IMG/VR virus record: IMGVR_UViG_3300015360_000041
Location: 2,900-66,899 of that record
From: a virus
Direction: 5' to 3' (one strand)
DNA length: 64,000 bases
The notes under the pieces are model-generated. The model ran no database searches, was not told the origin of the DNA, and saw only the letters and a program-made list of their open reading frames with translations. Shown piece after piece: positions 59,031 through 64,000 of the stretch (the stretch's first letter is position 1; each line of letters opens with the position of its first letter). The translations under genes and the position numbers were made by a program.

Positions 59031-60233
59031 ATGGACACAAATAACACGAGCATCGAGGACGCCCAGATTATTGACGAAACTCAAAAACCAGTAGTACAAT
59101 CTGTACAAGTAGAACCTACAAACAAAGTAGTGAACGCCAACGCGGTTTCAATTATCTCTCTCGATAAGAGCGGTAAACCGGATCTATCTAAATACTCGTC
59201 ACAGGAGATTGACAAGTTTACGAAAATGGGCGATTCGTTGAAAACCAAGGACAGCAATTCGATTTTGAATTTCGGCCTGGAGTTACAGAACAAATTGGCC
59301 GGGCACTCAGACTCGTTCTTACAGAATGTTCGTTCTTTCGACGCCGGCGAGATTGGCGGTTCCATTAACAATTTGCTTGCAGAAGTAAATTACATCGACA
59401 TCGACCCGTCACAGCAGTCAGGATTGAAACGCATCATGATGCAGATTCCCGGGCTTAAGAACCTGATGATGAGCACTAAGAAGATTTTCCAGAAATACGA
59501 CACAGTGTCGAACAACATCGACGGCATCGTGAAGAAGTTGGACCAGGGCCGTTTGACTATCATAAAAGACAACAACCAATTACAGAGCCTGTTCGAACAG
59601 AACATAGAATACATCAAGGACCTCGAGCAGTTAATCGTTGCGGGTCACATAAAGTACGATGAGCTCGACAAGGAGTTGAAACTGATGGAAATGAATCCAG
59701 AGCAGTACGAAGATTATCAAATCTCGGACAGCAGAGAGTTCTTGAATCGCTTGAGCAAGCGTTTAGCGGATATGGCGATTACTCGGGTAATTACCATTCA
59801 ATCTTTACCACAGATTCGCCTCGTGCAGAACAACAACATGTCGATGGTCGAGAAGATCCAGTCGTCTGTAACGACGACCATCCCGTTATGGAAAAATCAA
59901 ATCGCCATCGCCGTTGCGTTGATGCGACAAAAGAATATCCTCGACGTGCAGGAAAAGATTTACGACACGACCAACACAATATTGAAGAAAAACTCCGAGA
60001 TGTTGAAAATAAACAGCATAGCAGTTGCCAAACAGAACGAGCGCGGCGTTGTCGCGATCGACACCCTACGCCAAGTGCAACAGGATTTGGTTTCTACTCT
60101 TAATGACATTAAACGCATAAAAGATGAAGGCGAGGTTACCCGCAAGTCTGCCATGAAAGAACTCGAGGTGTTGGAGAACGAATTGAAGAAGAATGTCCTA
60201 CAGCTGGGCACAGAAGGAAAAACTAATTACTAG
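59031..60233 (+). CDS. telA: TelA toxic anion resistance protein
   Basis: ILNFG..LQ, QSLPQIRLVQNNN, TTIPLWK. Confidence 0.92.
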   Translation: MDTNNTSIEDAQIIDETQKPVVQSVQVEPTNKVVNANAVSIISLDKSGKPDLSKYSSQEIDKFTKMGDSLKTKDSNSILNFGLELQNKLAGHSDSFLQNVRSFDAGEIGGSINNLLAEVNYIDIDPSQQSGLKRIMMQIPGLKNLMMSTKKIFQKYDTVSNNIDGIVKKLDQGRLTIIKDNNQLQSLFEQNIEYIKDLEQLIVAGHIKYDELDKELKLMEMNPEQYEDYQISDSREFLNRLSKRLADMAITRVITIQSLPQIRLVQNNNMSMVEKIQSSVTTTIPLWKNQIAIAVALMRQKNILDVQEKIYDTTNTILKKNSEMLKINSIAVAKQNERGVVAIDTLRQVQQDLVSTLNDIKRIKDEGEVTRKSAMKELEVLENELKKNVLQLGTEGKTNY

Positions 60234-60251
60234 CCTGCCCGTGATTAGTGT

Positions 60252-60287
60252 AAAAAGACTTTGAGAATAATTCTCAAAGTCTTTTTT
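60252..60287. terminator. bidirectional intrinsic terminator
   Basis: AAAAAGACTTTGAGAA-TAA-TTCTCAAAGTCTTTTTT. Confidence 0.85.
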
Positions 60288-60335
60288 ATACATCGTAATA
60301 AAATTGTATAATTGTTGTAATACAAACCGACAAAT

Positions 60336-61439
60336 ATGAAAGCGTTTACTTGGATTATAAACATATTCAGAAAGAAGAAAACTGACACGGTGACGTTACA
60401 GTTACAAGAAGATGGCACCATGTCATCCACAATCACGCAGCAGATAAAACAGGACCCTGCCGAAATCGTGCTTAAAGAGTCACAGGACAGGATAAACAAG
60501 ATGAAGATCTACGCCAGATATTTCGATAACCGCGTGCTCACTGACATCCTAAACCAGACGGAAGTAGTTCACGACGTGTTCGTCGACAACCGCGAGCTCA
60601 GCTACAACAAGCTGGAGCAGTATCACTATTACTACACAGACCACCTTGTCGAATTGCTACAGAAGCTGAAGACTTCCAAAGACGAGAATAACGGAGTAAT
60701 AACGTCTCAGGTCAAATCATTGGAGAACAAGATAGCCAACGGCAAGAAGCGGAGCTTACAGATACTGCACGAAAACATCAAGGCATTGAACAACGACAAG
60801 GCGCAGTATGCACAGTACATGTCCTTACAGCTGGCAAGCATATACAATTGCATGGTAGACAATTTCAACGATTTCAGGTACAAGAAGCGCGTGGCGTTGA
60901 CGACATACACCGCGAAGAACGGTACAGACCTGTCGTGGCCGTTACCCAGCGAGCTGTTCTTACAGCTCACGGATTACAAGTCCGAGAATCAGTACCAGTG
61001 GGAGGACTATCACATCGAGAGAAAGCTGATGGGCAGATTGCAAAAGAACCTGTTCCTTATCGATTTCGTGGGGACGTGTTTATCCGGGGACACGTACTTC
61101 GAGGTTTTCAAGATTTCTGACAGCGAGGACTATTTCATCTACACGCACGACCAGGGCATTTTCAAGTTCCTGGACTTCAGAAAGATCCAAGACCTATGCA
61201 CCACGGACAACACGACGTACGGCGAGCTGAACCGTGAGATTGCCGAGTTTGAGGACAAGAAGGTCGAGATCAAGTCGAGGCTGACCGAGATCAAGAAGAT
61301 CGACTCGAAGGTGACCGAGACCCTCAAGGAATACCTCAAGAAGATTGAGAACATCGAATTGATGAATACAATATCTGAGGTCGACGTCGAACGCAGAAAC
61401 CTACAGTCGATATTGGAACTGACCAGACTTGAAGTTTAA
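60336..61439 (+). CDS. TelA-partner (XpaC-like) protein
   Basis: Adjacent to telA; helical LEQYHYYYTDHLVELL segment. Confidence 0.45.
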   Translation: MKAFTWIINIFRKKKTDTVTLQLQEDGTMSSTITQQIKQDPAEIVLKESQDRINKMKIYARYFDNRVLTDILNQTEVVHDVFVDNRELSYNKLEQYHYYYTDHLVELLQKLKTSKDENNGVITSQVKSLENKIANGKKRSLQILHENIKALNNDKAQYAQYMSLQLASIYNCMVDNFNDFRYKKRVALTTYTAKNGTDLSWPLPSELFLQLTDYKSENQYQWEDYHIERKLMGRLQKNLFLIDFVGTCLSGDTYFEVFKISDSEDYFIYTHDQGIFKFLDFRKIQDLCTTDNTTYGELNREIAEFEDKKVEIKSRLTEIKKIDSKVTETLKEYLKKIENIELMNTISEVDVERRNLQSILELTRLEV

Positions 61440-61704
61440 CATGACTGAGATGATCGAAGCACCGTTCACAGACGAACAGGTCAGAAATATAAATGACTTC
61501 CAAAATGGTGGAAACCGTCACCCGTTCACGTGCTGCAGTCCGGAAGAGATTACAGAATGTACTAGGGCAGGCAAGATGGTCGACGGCAAGTACGTGCAAG
61601 GAACTTCTGGAGGATTGCTGATTGCTTCTAACGATGGAATGGTTTGCCCATGCGGCGAATACGAACAGCACTGGGTGTATAAAATAATGACAGACAAAAT
61701 ATGA
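61429..61704 (+). CDS. hypothetical Cys-containing protein
   Basis: HPFTCC...VCPCGEY.Q.W. Confidence 0.55.
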   Translation: MKFNMTEMIEAPFTDEQVRNINDFQNGGNRHPFTCCSPEEITECTRAGKMVDGKYVQGTSGGLLIASNDGMVCPCGEYEQHWVYKIMTDKI

Positions 61705-61952
61705 CACAGATATTACTTATAATAAATTATCTCGCAGCATTACACATACTGCGGATTATAACCGATGACGCTACATGGTCCGCGCTAATGCGCGACACGA
61801 AGCTCGGCAAAGACTTGGCAGAGCAACGGAAGATAACAAAAAACGAGAAGCCCGTACGACGCATGTTGTGCTGGTTGCTGATCATCCCGGGAATCGGGAT
61901 GATCATGATGACGATTTCATTGCTGCTGAATTTTTTTGATAATCGCGAATAA
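61701..61952 (+). CDS. small membrane protein
   Basis: Two hydrophobic segments. Confidence 0.5.
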   Translation: MTQILLIINYLAALHILRIITDDATWSALMRDTKLGKDLAEQRKITKNEKPVRRMLCWLLIIPGIGMIMMTISLLLNFFDNRE

Positions 61953-62030
61953 ATAATTTTTGATTGCCGCGCGTTACCTGTATAATTGTAGATATAAAAA
62001 ATAAAACAAATAAACATAATAAATAAAACC

Positions 62031-62606
62031 ATGGCTATTAACTTATCAAAAGGACAGAAGATCGAGATTACACAGAAGAATTTCACAATAGGTTTGGGGT
62101 GGACCCCGAACGCTGGCACGAACGCTGCATTCGATTTAGACTGCTCCGTATTCTTACTGGACTCAAACAAGATGATTCCTACGGAGAACCACTTCGTATT
62201 CTACAACAATTCGGCATCGCCAGATGGCGCAATCAAGCACTCCGGGGATGACAGAACCGGGGCCAACTCCGCGGGCGGCGACGACGAGCAAATCAAAATA
62301 GACGTGAACGCGTTAGACCCGAGCATTCAAGAGATGTTGTTCGTCGTGTCAATAAACGAAGCCCAGGCACGCGGCCAGAACTTCGGCATGGTCCGCGGCT
62401 CGTATATACGCATAGTCGATAACGAGACTGGCACGGAAGTCGCCAAATATGAATTAGACGAGGACTTCTCTATCGAGACGTCCATCGAGTTCGGGCGTCT
62501 CTACCGCCGTGACGGCGGATGGAAATTCGACGCGTCGGGAGTGGGTTACAAGGAAGACTTGTCGTACTTCGTTCAGAAGTATTACGCAGGCCCGGTTCAG
62601 AAGTAA
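62031..62606 (+). CDS. terD: TerD family stress protein
   Basis: MAINLSKGQ, GLGW, FDLD, FVFYNN, GDDRTG, GDDEQI, GQNFG, LYRRDGGWKF. Confidence 0.95.
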   Translation: MAINLSKGQKIEITQKNFTIGLGWTPNAGTNAAFDLDCSVFLLDSNKMIPTENHFVFYNNSASPDGAIKHSGDDRTGANSAGGDDEQIKIDVNALDPSIQEMLFVVSINEAQARGQNFGMVRGSYIRIVDNETGTEVAKYELDEDFSIETSIEFGRLYRRDGGWKFDASGVGYKEDLSYFVQKYYAGPVQK

Positions 62607-62629
62607 AAACGCTAACATACATAAACAAT

Positions 62630-63913
62630 ATGAGAATAGAAATCAAAACACAGGAGGAACTGGACGCAGTCGACATAAACTATGCCGGCGAGATCAACAT
62701 AACAGGTAAAGTCGATTGTATCGATAAATTTTACCCGAATGCTTTCGTGAATATATACGGTAGCGCAACAGTGAATGGTGTATCCGACAATGCTACAGTG
62801 TATCACGTATACGGCAGCGCAACAGTTGGTTGTGTATCCGGTGATGCGAAGGTGAATAACGTCTCCGGCCGTGCCACGTTACGCACCGTCTCCGGCAGTG
62901 CCACGGTGAATCACGTATACGGTGATGCCACAGTGAGTAACGTGCACGATAATGTCACCGTGCGTAACGTACACGGTAATGCCACGGTGGATAACGTCTA
63001 CGGTAATGCCACGGTGGATAACGTCCACGGCAGTGCCACGGTGAGTAACGTGCACGGTAATGCCACGGTCAATCACGTATACGGCAATGCTATAGTGAGT
63101 AACGTGCACGGTAATGCCACGGTGAATGACGTATCCGGAAGTGCCATGGTGAATGACGTAGCCGGCAATGCCACGGTGAATAACGTACGCGTCAGTGCGG
63201 CGGTGAGTAACGTCCACGGTAATGCCACGGTGAATCACGTATACGGCAATGCCACAGTGAGTAACGTACACGATAGTGCCACAGTGAGTAACGTACACGG
63301 TAATGCCACGGTGCATCGCGTATTTAGTAATGCCACGGTGAGTAACGTATCCGGCAGTGCGACGGTAAGTAACATATCCAGAAATGTAAAAGTGAAAAAC
63401 GTATCCGGAAATGCCGCAATATTATTCGTCGATGACGCTGTTAAAATACATACGACTGGTAAGAATATTGTATCATATTATAATGATAAGTCGGTCATTC
63501 TTGATTGTTCTGAACAAACTACTACAATTATTCTCGATAGATTTGTCGCAACAGTTGCGTCGTATATTGGAATGTTCCCGGTTAATGTCATAGACGACAA
63601 GGTGATCATGTACAAGACTGTGCACAAAATAAACGGTGAGTACATATCGGACATAGACCAGAATTTCAAGTATGTGTTAGGAGAAACCAGAGAAGAAAAA
63701 TGCGATTCGGATATAAATATCGAATGTAGTTACGGCATTCACGTGTCACACAAAATGTGGGCATTGAATTATGGCAGCTGGACAGACGTCGCACTATTAG
63801 AACTAGAAGTGACCATGGACTCTATTATTGTACCATTAAAATGTGATGGCAAGGTGAGAACGAACAGTGTCAAAGTGCTTCGAGAGGTACCGGTAGAAGA
63901 ATATTACAGATAA
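62630..63913 (+). CDS. beta-helix repeat protein (9-aa VHGNATVSN repeats) with a conserved phage C-terminal domain
   Basis: ATG at 62630 after an A-rich leader; C-terminus ECSYGIH...DGKVR. Confidence 0.8.
   Translation: MRIEIKTQEELDAVDINYAGEINITGKVDCIDKFYPNAFVNIYGSATVNGVSDNATVYHVYGSATVGCVSGDAKVNNVSGRATLRTVSGSATVNHVYGDATVSNVHDNVTVRNVHGNATVDNVYGNATVDNVHGSATVSNVHGNATVNHVYGNAIVSNVHGNATVNDVSGSAMVNDVAGNATVNNVRVSAAVSNVHGNATVNHVYGNATVSNVHDSATVSNVHGNATVHRVFSNATVSNVSGSATVSNISRNVKVKNVSGNAAILFVDDAVKIHTTGKNIVSYYNDKSVILDCSEQTTTIILDRFVATVASYIGMFPVNVIDDKVIMYKTVHKINGEYISDIDQNFKYVLGETREEKCDSDINIECSYGIHVSHKMWALNYGSWTDVALLELEVTMDSIIVPLKCDGKVRTNSVKVLREVPVEEYYR
62750..63420 (+). repeat. degenerate 27-nt coding tandem repeat
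   Basis: Units like AACGTGCACGGTAATGCCACGGTGAGT. Confidence 0.85.
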
Positions 63914-64000
63914 TAAAACAACAACTAAAAAAAAAAAGAAAAAGAGAATAAACAAAACGAAGGTTCAGACGAGCGACATAAAGAAAAAAGAGAACAGTTC

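Noticed and set aside
62519-62629. N-terminal extension of the repeat protein
   Set aside because: Overlaps terD; the ATG at 62630 has a typical A-rich leader
62750-63420. CRISPR-like periodic repeats
   Set aside because: Contiguous in-frame 27-nt coding units with no unique spacers
1-64000. Stop-codon reassignment as in some jumbo phages
   Set aside because: Long genes are intact in code 11, and TAG/TGA end recognisable genes at the expected positions (e.g. telA TAG, uvsW TGA)

Overview
This window looks like part of a large lytic T4-like (jumbo) phage genome using the standard genetic code. The host is probably Bacteroidota, based on a T9SS C-terminal-domain protein, a Bacteroidota-type primary sigma factor, TAnnTTTG-like promoters and A-rich leaders lacking Shine-Dalgarno sites. 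It contains replication and nucleotide genes (NAD-ligase BRCT tail, nrdA/nrdB, C-terminal half of a split PolB, UvsY/UvsW, gp41-like helicase, DHFR), virion genes (gp25-like, neck-like, two ~1300-aa proteins), homing endonucleases, anti-defence candidates (Tad1-like, 2H phosphoesterase), RNA-repair enzymes, a Ter/TelA cluster and four tRNAs. Most striking: (1) the tRNA cluster (Ser-UGA, Arg-UCU, Ser-GCU, Arg-ACG) sits behind a 28-codon leader peptide whose run of Ser/Arg codons matches exactly those four tRNAs, followed by a terminator with a competing antiterminator, i.e. a candidate tRNA-depletion-sensing attenuator; (2) a GIY-YIG element lies between an orphan copy and a synonymously recoded copy of the first 16 codons of a large structural gene; (3) nrdA is fractured by a naturally split intein with an HNH-endonuclease-like remnant between the halves. 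All family calls come from motif recognition by eye, with no database searches.
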